64,000 nucleotides of DNA from Bacteroidales bacterium. GTDB lineage: Bacteria > Bacteroidota > Bacteroidia > Bacteroidales > UBA1715. Positions 35,953 through 46,343 of this stretch are shown here, in pieces. Under the pieces are notes generated by a model, which was given only the letters and a program-made list of their open reading frames with translations, did no database searches and was not told the origin of the DNA. A program made the translations under genes and the position numbers. Position 1 is the first letter of the stretch. Every line of letters begins with the position of its first letter. The stretch lies in contig JAGCOW010000042.1 of assembly GCA_017642535.1 (NCBI GenBank), positions 777 through 64,776 of the forward strand, written 5' to 3'.

Positions 35953-36606
35953 TCAGAGCATTTGCAAGCGTTCAACTGTCATTTCCGTAAAACTTTGAAT
36001 GCAAAAGTCGGCTTTTGTCAGTTTTTTCTCCGAGCCTACGCCAATGCAATGCATACCGCCGTTTTTTGCCGCTTCCACACCGCTTATGGCGTCTTCAAAA
36101 ACAACGCATTGCGAAGGTTTTACGCCAATCATCTCGGCACCTTTCAGAAAAACTTCGGGATTAGGTTTTGCTTTGGTTATCATATTGCCATCGACAATTG
36201 CGTCGAAATAGTCTCGAATGCCAAGTTTGTCAATCAACAACGGAGCGTTTTTGCTTGCCGAGCCAATGGCAGTCTTAATGCCTTGTCTTTTAAGCGCTTG
36301 TAAAAAATCAATTACGCCAGGATAGACATTTGCCGGAGTAATTTCCGTTTGAACATATTCCAGAAACCATGCATTTTTTTTTGCCGCCAAGGCATCTTTT
36401 TCGGCCTGTGTCTTTTCAACGCCGCCGTGTTTCAGTATCAGGTCGATGCACACCGAACGGCTCACGCCTTTGAGGTTTTCATTGAATGCCTCGTCTATTG
36501 AAATGCCAAGTGTGTCGGCCAACCGCTTCCACGCCTTGAAATGGTATATTTCGGTGCTTACCAGCACGCCATCCATATCGAAAATACACGCTTTTATATC
36601 TGCCAT
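35953..36606 (-). CDS. pgmB: Beta-phosphoglucomutase (HAD superfamily)
   Basis: MADIKACIFDMDGVLVSTEIYHFKAWKRLADTLGI..NENLKGVSR.. and ..CVVFEDAISGVEAAKNGGMHCIGVG are typical of beta-PGM. The protein is 217 aa. Confidence 0.8.
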   Translation of the reverse strand: MADIKACIFDMDGVLVSTEIYHFKAWKRLADTLGISIDEAFNENLKGVSRSVCIDLILKHGGVEKTQAEKDALAAKKNAWFLEYVQTEITPANVYPGVIDFLQALKRQGIKTAIGSASKNAPLLIDKLGIRDYFDAIVDGNMITKAKPNPEVFLKGAEMIGVKPSQCVVFEDAISGVEAAKNGGMHCIGVGSEKKLTKADFCIQSFTEMTVERLQML

Positions 36607-36610
36607 AACT

Positions 36611-37303
36611 CTATCGGGAAAATACGTACCCGACTCCTTTTATTGTAAAAATATATTGTTCGCCTAATTTCTCACGCAGTTTCCGGATGTGAACGTCAAT
36701 GGTTCGGTCGCCAACCACAATTTCGTTACCCCACACCAACGAATAGATTTCTTCACGAGTGAACACACGTTCGGGTTTGGAAATCAGCAAATCTAAAATT
36801 TTAAACTCCTTGTTGGGCAAGCTCATAGTCTTTCCGTTCACGCTGACGGAGATTTTTTCCCTGTCGAGTTTTATTCCGTTGTATTCCACCGTTTTAGACT
36901 CTTCGTTTGCTGTTTTTGAGCGTTTCAGCAACGATTGGATACGCGAAATAAGAACTTTGGGTCGAATAGGTTTTGTTATGTAATCGTCGGCGCCGGCCTG
37001 AAAACCCGCAATCTCCGAATAATCCTCGCTCCGAGCCGTAAGAAATGCGATAATGGTTCCTTGCAGTTCGGGATTGCTCCGAATGGTTTCGCACGTTTGA
37101 ATGCCGTCCATATCGGGCAACATTACGTCTAACAATATCAAATCGGGATGATGTTGTTTCGCCAAATTTACCGCGTCCAATCCATTGAGTGCCGACAATG
37201 TTTGGTATCCTGATTTTTCAAGATTATATCGCAGGATTTCCACGATATCGGGTTCGTCATCAACAATCAATATGGTTTTTGCAGAATTCATATTATCGGA
37301 CAT
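36611..37303 (-). CDS. OmpR/PhoB-family response regulator
   Basis: The receiver domain is ILIVDDEPDI..DLILLDVMLPDMDG. The winged-helix output is ..FTREEIYSLVWG..DRTIDVHIRKLREKLG. It overlaps the upstream kinase gene by 11 nt. Confidence 0.9.
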   Translation of the reverse strand: MSDNMNSAKTILIVDDEPDIVEILRYNLEKSGYQTLSALNGLDAVNLAKQHHPDLILLDVMLPDMDGIQTCETIRSNPELQGTIIAFLTARSEDYSEIAGFQAGADDYITKPIRPKVLISRIQSLLKRSKTANEESKTVEYNGIKLDREKISVSVNGKTMSLPNKEFKILDLLISKPERVFTREEIYSLVWGNEIVVGDRTIDVHIRKLREKLGEQYIFTIKGVGYVFSR

Positions 37304-38357
37304 TACCTTTTTTTATGGTGAATGAAAACGACGTTCCTTGGTTCAGCGTGCTTTTGAACGTGATTGTCTCGCCATGAGCCTCAACTACGTGTTTTACGAT
37401 TGCCAAGCCCAAACCCGTTCCGCCTTGTTCGCGCGAACGGCTTTTGTCAACTCTGAAGAATCGCTCAAAAATCCTGTCCTGATATTCTTGTGGAATGCCG
37501 ATTCCCGTATCGGAAACTTCTATCAGCCAGCGGTTGTCCATATCGAAGAAGCGAACGCGCACCGAACCGCCTTCGGGTTTATTGTATTTTATGGCATTGG
37601 TGACCAAGTTCGACAATGCCATATTGATTCTTGTTCGGTCGGCATATACCATCATCAGCGATTTAGGTTGTTGCATTTCCAAGTTGAGCGTCACATTCCG
37701 CTCTTTTGCAAGATATTCCTGTGCCTCGAAAATTTCGTTCACCAAATCGATGATGTTGAATGTGGTATATTCCATTTTCAACTCGCCCGATTCCAGACGG
37801 GAAATTGCATCCAAATCCTTCACGATTGAGGTCATTCGTTGAATGACTTTATCGGTGCGTTCCAGATACTGACGATTGATAGATTCGTCGTACAGTCCGC
37901 CGTCAAGCAATGTTGACACATAACCCTGAATGGTAAAGATTGGCGTTTTCAGTTCGTGAGCCACGTTGCCAATGTATTCTTTCCGGAAATTTTCTTGTCG
38001 TTTCAGGAAATCCAATTCTTCTTCCTTCTTTTTTGCCCATTCTTCGGCGTCCTCGGCGGCTTTGGCAATCAGGTTGTCGCTTGCTTTCACCACTTCCTTG
38101 AAGCGAGGAGTTTGTGCCGAACGAATGATTTTATAGATGGGACGAACTTTTTCAATCACAAAACGCCGAATGAATTGTCGTGTAATAAAATACATTGCGA
38201 CAAGCATTGCAAAAAATGCAAGCACACTCACGAGAACGGTATATTCGGAATCGACAAAATGCAATCCGACCAACACAATCGCCAGACAAAATGCGGAAAT
38301 TATTGCAATTTGCAGGGCAAGAAGACGATGCGACACTATTTTAAACTTCAATTTCAT
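37293..38357 (-). CDS. Sensor histidine kinase (two TM helices with a minimal external loop)
   Basis: H box GNVAHELKTPIFTIQGY, N box LSNLVTNAIKYN, G boxes SDTGIGIP and GGTGLGLAIVKHVV. The N-terminus has two adjacent hydrophobic helices with almost no periplasmic segment. Confidence 0.9.
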   Translation of the reverse strand: MKLKFKIVSHRLLALQIAIISAFCLAIVLVGLHFVDSEYTVLVSVLAFFAMLVAMYFITRQFIRRFVIEKVRPIYKIIRSAQTPRFKEVVKASDNLIAKAAEDAEEWAKKKEEELDFLKRQENFRKEYIGNVAHELKTPIFTIQGYVSTLLDGGLYDESINRQYLERTDKVIQRMTSIVKDLDAISRLESGELKMEYTTFNIIDLVNEIFEAQEYLAKERNVTLNLEMQQPKSLMMVYADRTRINMALSNLVTNAIKYNKPEGGSVRVRFFDMDNRWLIEVSDTGIGIPQEYQDRIFERFFRVDKSRSREQGGTGLGLAIVKHVVEAHGETITFKSTLNQGTSFSFTIKKGNVR

Positions 38358-38402
38358 GTTCGTAGTTTTTACAAATGTAATAAATTACATTAAAAATCAG
38401 TC

Positions 38403-39536
38403 TTAATTCTCATTTTCCTTCATTAACGATGTCATTTTCCGGGTAAGGATATTCCATGCGTATTTTTTCTTTTCGTCGCGAATGTTTTCGGTCATTTTTA
38501 CGGCATTGTCGGAAGCGAAGAATTTCACAATGGCGTTTGCCAGTGCGTGGCTGTTCGGTTCCACGACGTAGCCCACTTTCTCGTCGGGAATGATTTCTGC
38601 CAAACCGCCCACGTTGGTCACAATCATAGGTTTTTCAAAATGATAGCCCACCTGCGTCACACCCGACTGCGTGGCAGATTTATAGGGCTGGACAATTACG
38701 TCGGCGGCACAGAAATAATTGTTGACTTCGTTGTCGGGAATGTATTCCGAGAACCATGTAATGTTCTGTATGCCAAGATGTTCGGCGAGTTTCTTATATT
38801 TTTCTTCGTTGCTGTAAAATTCCCCTGCCACGAGCAAATGAATGTTAGAGAACTTGATCCGCTCGTTTGCCATTGCGTGGAGCAGCAAATCCAAACCTTT
38901 GTATTCGCGAATGAAACCGAAAAACAAAATATACCGTTTGTCAGGATTTAAGCCAAGATGCCGACACGCCTGTTCTTTACTGATTAGCGCACCGTAGGTG
39001 TCGTAAATTGGATGTGGCGACCACGATTTTGGTTTTGGTTTGCGTTCAAACAATTCAATTTCCTTAAAAACTGATTGCGACAAGGTGAAAAATCCGTCCA
39101 TTGCGTTCACAAAATATGGAGCAAGCATTTTGTCTAGAATCGATGGCTCGTGTGCTATCATGTTATGAATCAATCCGATACATTTTGCTTTGCATCGCCG
39201 TTTCAACACACGTGCGATAGTGCCGAAACATGGAGCCATAAACGACATCCAATAGGCGAAAATCACCACGTCGGGGTTTTGTTTAGCAATTGCCTTTGCT
39301 GTTTTTCGCCAGTTGAACGGGCTCACGGAATTTACCGAACGGTTAATTTTCAAGTCGGGAGCGGTTCCGTTGGAATATTGCGTTTTCCCCGGGAACAAAA
39401 AGTTCGGATATTGCAGCGTGAACGTTTCAATGGAAATATCTTCGCCTTCCTTTTGAAACTCGATGGCAAGCCGTTCGTTGAAGGCGGCCAGGCCACCACG
39501 ATACGGGAATGCAGTACCGACCAAAACTATCTTCAT
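38403..39536 (-). CDS. Glycosyltransferase, GT-B fold (family 4-like)
   Basis: MKIVLVGTAFPYRGGLAAF.., ..FGFIREYKGLDLLLHA.. and ..PYKSATQSGV..GGLAEIIPDEKVGYVVEP fit the E(x7)E-type motif region. Confidence 0.75.
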   Translation of the reverse strand: MKIVLVGTAFPYRGGLAAFNERLAIEFQKEGEDISIETFTLQYPNFLFPGKTQYSNGTAPDLKINRSVNSVSPFNWRKTAKAIAKQNPDVVIFAYWMSFMAPCFGTIARVLKRRCKAKCIGLIHNMIAHEPSILDKMLAPYFVNAMDGFFTLSQSVFKEIELFERKPKPKSWSPHPIYDTYGALISKEQACRHLGLNPDKRYILFFGFIREYKGLDLLLHAMANERIKFSNIHLLVAGEFYSNEEKYKKLAEHLGIQNITWFSEYIPDNEVNNYFCAADVIVQPYKSATQSGVTQVGYHFEKPMIVTNVGGLAEIIPDEKVGYVVEPNSHALANAIVKFFASDNAVKMTENIRDEKKKYAWNILTRKMTSLMKENEN

Positions 39537-40075
39537 TATTTGTCCTCCCGTTTATTTGTATTCATACTAAACTCGCACGCACAATAACATTGGCGGTACA
39601 AATCTAATTCCTTGCTCAGTTCAATGCTTCGTTTGTAGCCGTCTTTCTTTTTGAAATCATAGTGCGTGTAACCCTTGAATTGTTCGCCGATAGCTTGTAT
39701 CACATTTGAATTTTTATGCGGACTGATGGTTAATGTTGTCGCAAAGTGTTCAAAACCAAGTTCTTCGGCCTTTTGTGCCGTGGCAGAAAGCAGTGTCTTG
39801 AAGCACGCATGGCAACGAAGACCGCCTTCCTTTTCGTGTTCCAGACCATCCACATTTTTAAGCCAAAAATCATGGTTGTATTCACCTACAATCAGTTCAA
39901 TGCCAAAGTGTTTGGCAAGTTTTTCCACGTACAATTTTCGTTTTTCCCATTCTTCTTTCGGATAAATATTGGGCATAAAGTAATAGAGCGTCACGTCCCA
40001 TTCCTCGGCAAGCAGCCGTTCCACCGACGCCGAGCCGCACGGAGCACAACAGATATGAAGAAGAATTTTTTTCAT
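39536..40075 (-). CDS. queH: Epoxyqueuosine reductase QueH (DUF208)
   Basis: LLHICCAPCGS.., RCHACF and CYCACEFS are the conserved Cys clusters of QueH. The protein is 179 aa. Its stop overlaps the GT gene start as TAATG (1-nt overlap at 39536). Confidence 0.85.
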   Translation of the reverse strand: MKKILLHICCAPCGSASVERLLAEEWDVTLYYFMPNIYPKEEWEKRKLYVEKLAKHFGIELIVGEYNHDFWLKNVDGLEHEKEGGLRCHACFKTLLSATAQKAEELGFEHFATTLTISPHKNSNVIQAIGEQFKGYTHYDFKKKDGYKRSIELSKELDLYRQCYCACEFSMNTNKREDK

Positions 40076-40194
40076 GTAACCGAAGGTTCAACTATTTATC
40101 GAATACAAATTTCTGACAATTTTTTGGACAAAGTAATAAAAAATGTCAAGAAAAGCGGAAGAATAAAAAAATAATCAAACCACACTTCGAAATC

Positions 40195-40395
40195 GTGTAT
40201 GATTATACGTTGAGCGCTATTTTACAAGAGTCACAGCGATTTACTACATTGGCTGCCATCAGCAGGGCTACAGGAATCAAGCATGCACAATTGTCGCATT
40301 ACGCCAATGCAGTTTGTCGTCCTCGTCCAGCACAACGCAAAAAAGTAATCGACGGACTGCACTCCATCGGTCAGAAATGTCTTTCGCTTGGGTAA
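40195..40395 (+). CDS. Possible small helix-turn-helix protein (66 aa); uncertain
   Basis: TTLAAISRATGIKHAQLSHYANAV looks like an HTH. The start is GTG. It is an orphan + strand ORF between two minus-strand genes, with no further support. Confidence 0.3.
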   Translation: MYDYTLSAILQESQRFTTLAAISRATGIKHAQLSHYANAVCRPRPAQRKKVIDGLHSIGQKCLSLG

Positions 40396-40424
40396 TTACG
40401 AATTTATATAACTCATATCTCGTC

Positions 40425-42134
40425 TTACCCTTCGTGCATCATCCTGTGAATCATCGGAGAAAGCAGGAAGAGCAGAATGCTTGCGACCAATGCGGCAAGT
40501 CCTACGTTTACAAACACGTTGGTATAACGGAGCAAATTCACCACCGAAACTTTTTCTTCGTCGGAGATTGCTTGCAACGTTTCTTCCGAAACGTAATTCT
40601 TGTTTAAAGCGGTTTGCAATGCCTGTTGCGAGTTTTCGCCTGCAAGTATGGCGGTGTACGACGCGGTCGAGTCATCTGTGGTTTCAGTGTTTTCCGAATT
40701 GTCGGCAATTTCGTAGCTGCTTTCGTCGGTGGTCAGGTTTGCAATCCAGCCGCCAACCTGAAATGCCAGCGACGATGACAAATACCACGCTCCAATCACC
40801 ATTCCCACGATTTTGGGCGGAGCCAGCCGCGAAACCATCGAAAGCCCTATGGGCGACAGGCACAATTCTCCCAACGTTTGGAACATATAACTCAAAACCA
40901 AGAAAATGGCTGGCACGGCAGCAATTTTAAGCACTGTTTCGTTTTCGGCAATCGTTTCAAACGAAAGGAAACGCGGAGCCAAGCCCAACAGCAAAAATCC
41001 TATGCTGAGCAACAAAATACCCATCGCGAATTTTATTGGCGTGGAAGGTTCCTTTTTTCGCTGTGCGAGTTGCATCCACAAGATTGAAAGCGGCGAGGCA
41101 AAAATCAAGATGAACATTGGATTTACTGACTGGAACAACGACGCGGGAATGACGCTTCCGAAGAAATTTCGGTTCACGTTTTCGCTTGCGTACAACGTGA
41201 GCGACGAACCTGCCTGCTCAAAGAATGTCCAGAATAACGTTATGAATAACAGCAAGATAAGTATGACAAACAATCTGTCGCGTTCAACTTTTTCGCTACG
41301 CAACGCTATCACAAATATGAATCCAAGAATTGCCAACGAAAGTGGAAAGATTACGTAACTCATTATTTCATAGTGTTGTACGAGCAATGCTATTCCAAAC
41401 GTGCTGATGACACATAGTGCGTAAATCCAAATTTCTTTCGACAATCCACAGAATTTCTGTGCAAGGGATTCTTTGTCGGGCACACCGCCAAGAGGGCGGT
41501 ATTCCAACGTTTTTTCTCCCGTTTCGACATTGATATTTTCGTGATAATCAATGATATGACCGAATTTCAAGAAGATGAACAATCCCGCCAACATTCCAAT
41601 TCCCGCAATGGTGAATCCATAGTGCCAACCATAGGTTTCGCCTACAATTCCGCAGAGAATCGGCGAGAAAAACGCACCAAGGTTCACGCTCATATAGTAA
41701 ATGGTGAATCCGCCGTCGCGACGAGGGTCGTTTTCTTCGTAAAGACCGCTCAAAATTATTGGCATATTTGGCTTGAAAAATCCGTTGCCGACAATCAAAA
41801 ACGAAAGTGCGAGATACAAAAACATTTCATTTTCAACCGCCATCAAAAAATGGCCGATTGCCATCATAATTGCTCCCCAAATCACAGCTTTTCGATGACC
41901 GAGGAACTTGTCGGCTATCAGTCCGCCAATAAACGGCGACGCATACACCAACGAGCCGTAGGCGGCAAAAATGCCGTATGCCACGGTTTTCGACGTTTCA
42001 AGATTTTGAAATAATTGCTGGATTAAGTACAGTACCAACAACGCACGCATGCCGTAGTAACTGAACCGTTCCCACATTTCGGTGAAGAACAGCACTATCA
42101 ATGCGCGGGGTTGTTTCATTTGTATCGAGTTCAT
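40425..42134 (-). CDS. Proton-dependent oligopeptide transporter (POT/PTR2 family)
   Basis: FFTEMWERFSYYGMRALLVLYL and GGLIADKFLGHRKAV are the PTR2 signature regions. The protein is multi-pass. The preferred start is ATG 42134 (MNSIQMKQPRA..). Confidence 0.88.
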   Translation of the reverse strand: MNSIQMKQPRALIVLFFTEMWERFSYYGMRALLVLYLIQQLFQNLETSKTVAYGIFAAYGSLVYASPFIGGLIADKFLGHRKAVIWGAIMMAIGHFLMAVENEMFLYLALSFLIVGNGFFKPNMPIILSGLYEENDPRRDGGFTIYYMSVNLGAFFSPILCGIVGETYGWHYGFTIAGIGMLAGLFIFLKFGHIIDYHENINVETGEKTLEYRPLGGVPDKESLAQKFCGLSKEIWIYALCVISTFGIALLVQHYEIMSYVIFPLSLAILGFIFVIALRSEKVERDRLFVILILLLFITLFWTFFEQAGSSLTLYASENVNRNFFGSVIPASLFQSVNPMFILIFASPLSILWMQLAQRKKEPSTPIKFAMGILLLSIGFLLLGLAPRFLSFETIAENETVLKIAAVPAIFLVLSYMFQTLGELCLSPIGLSMVSRLAPPKIVGMVIGAWYLSSSLAFQVGGWIANLTTDESSYEIADNSENTETTDDSTASYTAILAGENSQQALQTALNKNYVSEETLQAISDEEKVSVVNLLRYTNVFVNVGLAALVASILLFLLSPMIHRMMHEG

Positions 42135-42230
42135 TGAAAAACTTTTTACAAAAGTACGAAAACGTAGCAACTTCATTCAGAAAAAATTGTAGTTTTATGT
42201 TTCGAAATAGAAGTTACGTTGAATTAGTTT

Positions 42231-43211
42231 ATGAACAAAACATTTAAGATAGGAATTATCGGTGCCGGCTGGATTGCCGAGAAAATGGCGGAGACAGTAT
42301 CAAGAATGAATGGATATGAAATATCTGCGATTGCTTCTCGCTCATTTGAAAGAGCTCGGTCGTTTGCAGCAAAGTTTAACATTGAAAAAGCATACGGTTC
42401 TTACGAAGAATTGGTTCGCGACAATGACATAGATTTGATTTACGTGGCTACACCACACTCGCATCACTTTCAGCATACGAAACTGGCCGTTGAACACGGG
42501 AAACCGTGTCTTGTGGAGAAAGCGTTTACGGCCAATGCCCGCGAAGCAGCTGAATTGTTGCAACTTGCGGAATCAAAAGGAGTATTCGTAACCGAAGCAA
42601 TTTGGACACGCTATATGCCTCTGTCACATAAGATTAAAGAACTTCTTGATGGCGGAGCGATTGGGGAACCTCGTTTACTTTCGGCAAGTTTGTGCTATCC
42701 ATTGGAAAACAAGGAACGAATTACCAATCCAGCCCTTTGTGGCGGAGCATTGCTCGACGTGGGCGTGTATGTGCTGAATTTTGCACGAATGTATTTCGGT
42801 AGCGATATAGTGAAAACGGTCACGAACTGTCAGTTGGGAGCGACGGGAATGGATATGCAGGAAAGTATTTCATTGAGTTATGCCGATGGCAAAATGGCGA
42901 ATTTGCAGACAGGCGCTTTGTGCCTCAACGACCGTCAAGGCGTTATCAGCGGTACGGAGGGCTATATCAGGGTTGACAATGTGAACTGTCCCGAACGCGT
43001 TGAGGTTTATCGTAATTATGCACTTGGGGAAACCTATGAGAAACCGTTGGATATGATTTCGGGCTACGAATATCAAGTGATGGAAAGCCGAAGATGCATA
43101 GAAGCGGGTTTGCTTGAATCGCCTCTGATGCCGCACAAGGAAACACTTGCCATTATGCAACAGATGGATGCTCTTCGCAAAGAGTGGGGGGTAAAATATC
43201 CTATGGATTAG
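42231..43211 (+). CDS. Gfo/Idh/MocA family oxidoreductase
   Basis: The N-terminal Rossmann motif is FKIGIIGAGWIAEKMAE. The conserved LVEKAFT (EKP-like) motif is present. The protein is 326 aa. Confidence 0.8.
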   Translation: MNKTFKIGIIGAGWIAEKMAETVSRMNGYEISAIASRSFERARSFAAKFNIEKAYGSYEELVRDNDIDLIYVATPHSHHFQHTKLAVEHGKPCLVEKAFTANAREAAELLQLAESKGVFVTEAIWTRYMPLSHKIKELLDGGAIGEPRLLSASLCYPLENKERITNPALCGGALLDVGVYVLNFARMYFGSDIVKTVTNCQLGATGMDMQESISLSYADGKMANLQTGALCLNDRQGVISGTEGYIRVDNVNCPERVEVYRNYALGETYEKPLDMISGYEYQVMESRRCIEAGLLESPLMPHKETLAIMQQMDALRKEWGVKYPMD

Positions 43212-43224
43212 GTTTCCATAAGAA

Positions 43225-45711
43225 TTACTTGAACTCTTCCCAATAAATGCTATTGTCCCATTCCGCTTTTATAATAACGGATTCTTTGAAGAAATACATT
43301 TTTTCAGGTTGCCGTTTCAGTTCCAAACAACCCGAATCCCACGTTTGATTATTGTTCTCGTCAACGAAGCAGCTCAGAGAGTATTTCCCTGCAGGAATGT
43401 TGTTAAATTGGATAGTGTTTGAACTTGTCGTAGAATAGGTTGTTGGATCTTTTGGGTCGTCGGATGTGAGAACAAACACTATATTCCCCGCAGGTAGTCC
43501 TTGGGTATTTTTAATGTTGAGGTTTCCAAGATTTTCTTTCTTTGGTGATTGGAAACGAATTTGAATGGAATCGTTTGCATCACCGAAAACGTCAACAAAC
43601 GTTGTGTCAAGCACTATCAAAGTGTATTCGGTATTAGGCGTCCAATCGGCGGTAATGGCATACGAACGTTCCTTTGCAGGCAGTTTTTGTATTGCAAAAG
43701 GAACTTTTTGATAAAATCCGTATGGCGTGTTTTCCGTTTGGATTGTCTCCACAAATTCGCGCGATGCGAAGCCAAATGTATCGACAATTGCACTCTTCTG
43801 AATGGTTAGCGTGTAATTTTGTGATTTTTCGGCAGTATGATATATGTTGATGATTCGTGAAGAGCCCTCGGCAAGTGAAATCTTGGTAATGATTGATGTT
43901 TCCAGCGAATCGTCGTCGTTTATCAAGGTGAATAGACTGTCGGGAATAGTGTGAACAGGATTGTTGCAGTAGATACGAATTGGCTCGTACGGTTTCAGGG
44001 TCTTTTTCTGAACTTCGGAAACTTGCAAAATCAGTCTTTTGTTTGATGATGGGTGCTTATACATTTTTTGAACCGCGACATCTTTTTTGTTGTTGAAATT
44101 CTTGGTTTCCGTTGCACCGTCATTCATAGGATAAGTAACCGTAATTGCCTGATTTTTTAGTCGGAGCGCGTCAGAATTTGGTTTTATCCAATAGAGGAGT
44201 GCATTGCTTTTTTCGTCAAGTTCGCAATAGTACCAATCGCTAAGGTTTGGAAGACCGTCAAGCGTAACTTTCACATCTTGTGGTTTGATTGCCTTGCTGA
44301 AATAGATTGCAAAACGGTCGTTGGCCTCTTTGTACCGAAGTATTTTTTGAGTTTGATAATGCAATGTCGGACGATATTTGTAGTCAGAAATGGCATTGAT
44401 TTCCTCGCAAGAATTTTTTGTCGTATCGCAAATTTGATACAACGTAATCTTTTGGAAATCATCAGTTTTTATTGGCCGTGAAAGGGTGACGAAAAGTGTG
44501 TCGTCAGGGAAAATCTTTTTTGTCTTATCAATAGACGTTGAAATAGTTACTCGTTCAGGATGACTCTTAGAACTTTCAATCTGAATGGTGTCGGTCTTCA
44601 CTTCCGAAGACTGAATGTTTTTCTTGTAAGAAAGGGAAAGCACAGTTGAATCGGAGTTTTGTACAAGCGTGTCGAGTAGCCAAATTACAAGACTATCTTG
44701 GGAAACTTCTTCCAAAATAGATTCTCCTTGGGGATATACGTCTTTCAGTGTTGGCATATTGTTTTTCGCACTCATCTTTATGCCGATAGCGTACGGTGAA
44801 ATGCGAATATTCGACAAAATTTCTTGATTCCAGACCTCGTTTTCAAAAAGCGACAATTGCACATCTTGATCCGACCAGCGAGTTTTTTCAACAAGGTTGA
44901 ACGAGTCCTTTACTTCAACAAGTTGTATGCTGTCCTTGAATTCCTTGAAACGAACGGTGTCGTTGTGGGTAAACCATACTGTATCTATAAATCGCTCTGC
45001 CGTAGGGTTAAAAATCGTATCTAGGAATGCGATTCGTTCTTTGGGTTGATTGAAGGTAAAATCTTTGTCGGAATCTTCCAAAGCATAGATTTTATAGGGC
45101 TTTGCCTCAATGTTGGAAAACGAGAAATCACCTTTTTTCGCCGCTTGTGTAATGTATCGTGGTTTCTGCGTCTGAAACGCTGTGTCGCTCACATCGTCGT
45201 ACAAAAGCACATAGACGTGTTCGGGAACTTTGCCATCTTTTGCACTCGAAATTTTTCCCGCAATTTTCATAGTGTCAATGCCAGTACCCGTTGAGAAGGC
45301 ATATAGGTATTGTTCTGTGAAATTGTTTTCGGTCAAATCTTTTATGGCATTGTTAAAGTTGAAACTATACGTCGTATTTGGTTGTAAGGTCTGTTTCGGC
45401 AGAGAGATTGTCAGTTTTTTCTTTTTTACCGAAAATTCTGGCTTTTTCTCCATGATGGGAGAAATCATGCAATTGTCTTCAATATTATCAAGGGCAATAA
45501 ATTCGTTGAACTTGATGACAATCTTTTGAGGACTGATATTTTGCGAATTGTTTGCCGGTTTTTCGAACACAGCATACGGAGCATCTTTGTCGATAGGGCC
45601 TCCGGTAGGTGCCGACTCTCTTGCACAGTTCATAAGCAAAAACGGCAAGGGACACGCCAACAATAGCGGAAAAATCAATCGTAAAAGCGATTTTAGCAGT
45701 ACTCTCATCAT
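43225..45711 (-). CDS. Large lipoprotein with Ig-like (SbsA/Big_5-type) domains; function unknown
   Basis: The preferred ATG 45711 gives MMRVLLKSLLRLIFPLLLACPLPFLLMNCA (lipobox-like). The N-terminal segment DKDAPYAVFEKPANNSQNISPQKIVIKFNEFI is SbsA-Ig-like. The remainder is beta-rich. Confidence 0.6.
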   Translation of the reverse strand: MMRVLLKSLLRLIFPLLLACPLPFLLMNCARESAPTGGPIDKDAPYAVFEKPANNSQNISPQKIVIKFNEFIALDNIEDNCMISPIMEKKPEFSVKKKKLTISLPKQTLQPNTTYSFNFNNAIKDLTENNFTEQYLYAFSTGTGIDTMKIAGKISSAKDGKVPEHVYVLLYDDVSDTAFQTQKPRYITQAAKKGDFSFSNIEAKPYKIYALEDSDKDFTFNQPKERIAFLDTIFNPTAERFIDTVWFTHNDTVRFKEFKDSIQLVEVKDSFNLVEKTRWSDQDVQLSLFENEVWNQEILSNIRISPYAIGIKMSAKNNMPTLKDVYPQGESILEEVSQDSLVIWLLDTLVQNSDSTVLSLSYKKNIQSSEVKTDTIQIESSKSHPERVTISTSIDKTKKIFPDDTLFVTLSRPIKTDDFQKITLYQICDTTKNSCEEINAISDYKYRPTLHYQTQKILRYKEANDRFAIYFSKAIKPQDVKVTLDGLPNLSDWYYCELDEKSNALLYWIKPNSDALRLKNQAITVTYPMNDGATETKNFNNKKDVAVQKMYKHPSSNKRLILQVSEVQKKTLKPYEPIRIYCNNPVHTIPDSLFTLINDDDSLETSIITKISLAEGSSRIINIYHTAEKSQNYTLTIQKSAIVDTFGFASREFVETIQTENTPYGFYQKVPFAIQKLPAKERSYAITADWTPNTEYTLIVLDTTFVDVFGDANDSIQIRFQSPKKENLGNLNIKNTQGLPAGNIVFVLTSDDPKDPTTYSTTSSNTIQFNNIPAGKYSLSCFVDENNNQTWDSGCLELKRQPEKMYFFKESVIIKAEWDNSIYWEEFK

Positions 45712-45751
45712 ACCAATCAAATTGTGCCAAAAGTAGCACATAAAATTAAGA

Positions 45752-45772
45752 ATTAAAAATTAAGAATTAAGA
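45752..45772. repeat. AT-rich 21-mer shared with 31985-32005
   Basis: ATTAAAAATTAAGAATTAAGA sits within TTAAGAATTAAAAATTAAGAATTAAGAAT (45746-45774), in a divergent promoter region. Confidence 0.7.
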
Positions 45773-45814
45773 ATATTACAATAGCGCGGTAATCGGGTAT
45801 TAAGAAAAATACAT

Positions 45815-45822
45815 TATTTTTG
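45815..45822 (+). promoter_or_regulatory. -7 promoter box TAnnTTTG for the Fur-family gene
   Basis: TATTTTTG lies 17 nt upstream of ATG 45839. Confidence 0.4.
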
Positions 45823-45838
45823 TGTATTCAATTCAAAA

Positions 45839-46276
45839 ATGAAAAACGACATTCTTATAGATTTCGAACAAATGTTGGCGGACGCAGGTGTGCGAGTTAC
45901 CGCCGTTCGTCTGCTTATTTGGAAAACAATCAACAAACAAACATCGGGCGTTTTCTCGCTTGCCGATATGGAAAATTTGTTGCCCACCCTCGACCGTTCC
46001 ACGTTGTTTCGCACATTGTCGCTATTTGCTGAAAAACATCTGTTACACGAAATTGACGATGGCTCAGGAATGCAGAAATATTGTATTTGTCATTGTTCCG
46101 ACAAAGAACATCATCATGGGCATATTCATATTTCATGTACGGTATGTCACGAAACGTTTTGCATTCAGGAGGTTGAGATTCCGTCTGTCCCCATTCCCGA
46201 AGGTTGGGATGTGGAAGAAGCAGAATATGTAGTAAAAGGGATTTGCCCAAAATGTAGAGGAAAACGGTTGGGATAA
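45839..46276 (+). CDS. Fur family transcriptional regulator (Zur-like by context)
   Basis: The winged-helix N-terminus is GVRVTAVRLLIWKTI..LFRTLSLFAEKHLLHEI. The metal-site Cys/His cluster is CICHCSDKEHHHGHIHISCTVCHETFC..CPKC. It lies directly upstream of a metal ATPase. Confidence 0.8.
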   Translation: MKNDILIDFEQMLADAGVRVTAVRLLIWKTINKQTSGVFSLADMENLLPTLDRSTLFRTLSLFAEKHLLHEIDDGSGMQKYCICHCSDKEHHHGHIHISCTVCHETFCIQEVEIPSVPIPEGWDVEEAEYVVKGICPKCRGKRLG

Positions 46277-46343
46277 TTACTTTGCAACTCAGTTGCAAAA
46301 CTATTGCCGCATCTTTGTACCAGAAAATTAAAATGTACAGGAT

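Noticed and set aside
39534-39538. Overlaps between adjacent genes: the TAATG stop/start overlap between queH and the glycosyltransferase gene, the 11-nt overlap of the kinase and regulator genes (37293-37303), and the 11-nt overlap at 61031-61041.
   Set aside because: These are ordinary translational-coupling arrangements in operons and are not noteworthy in themselves. The sigma/anti-sigma overlap is used only as supporting evidence.
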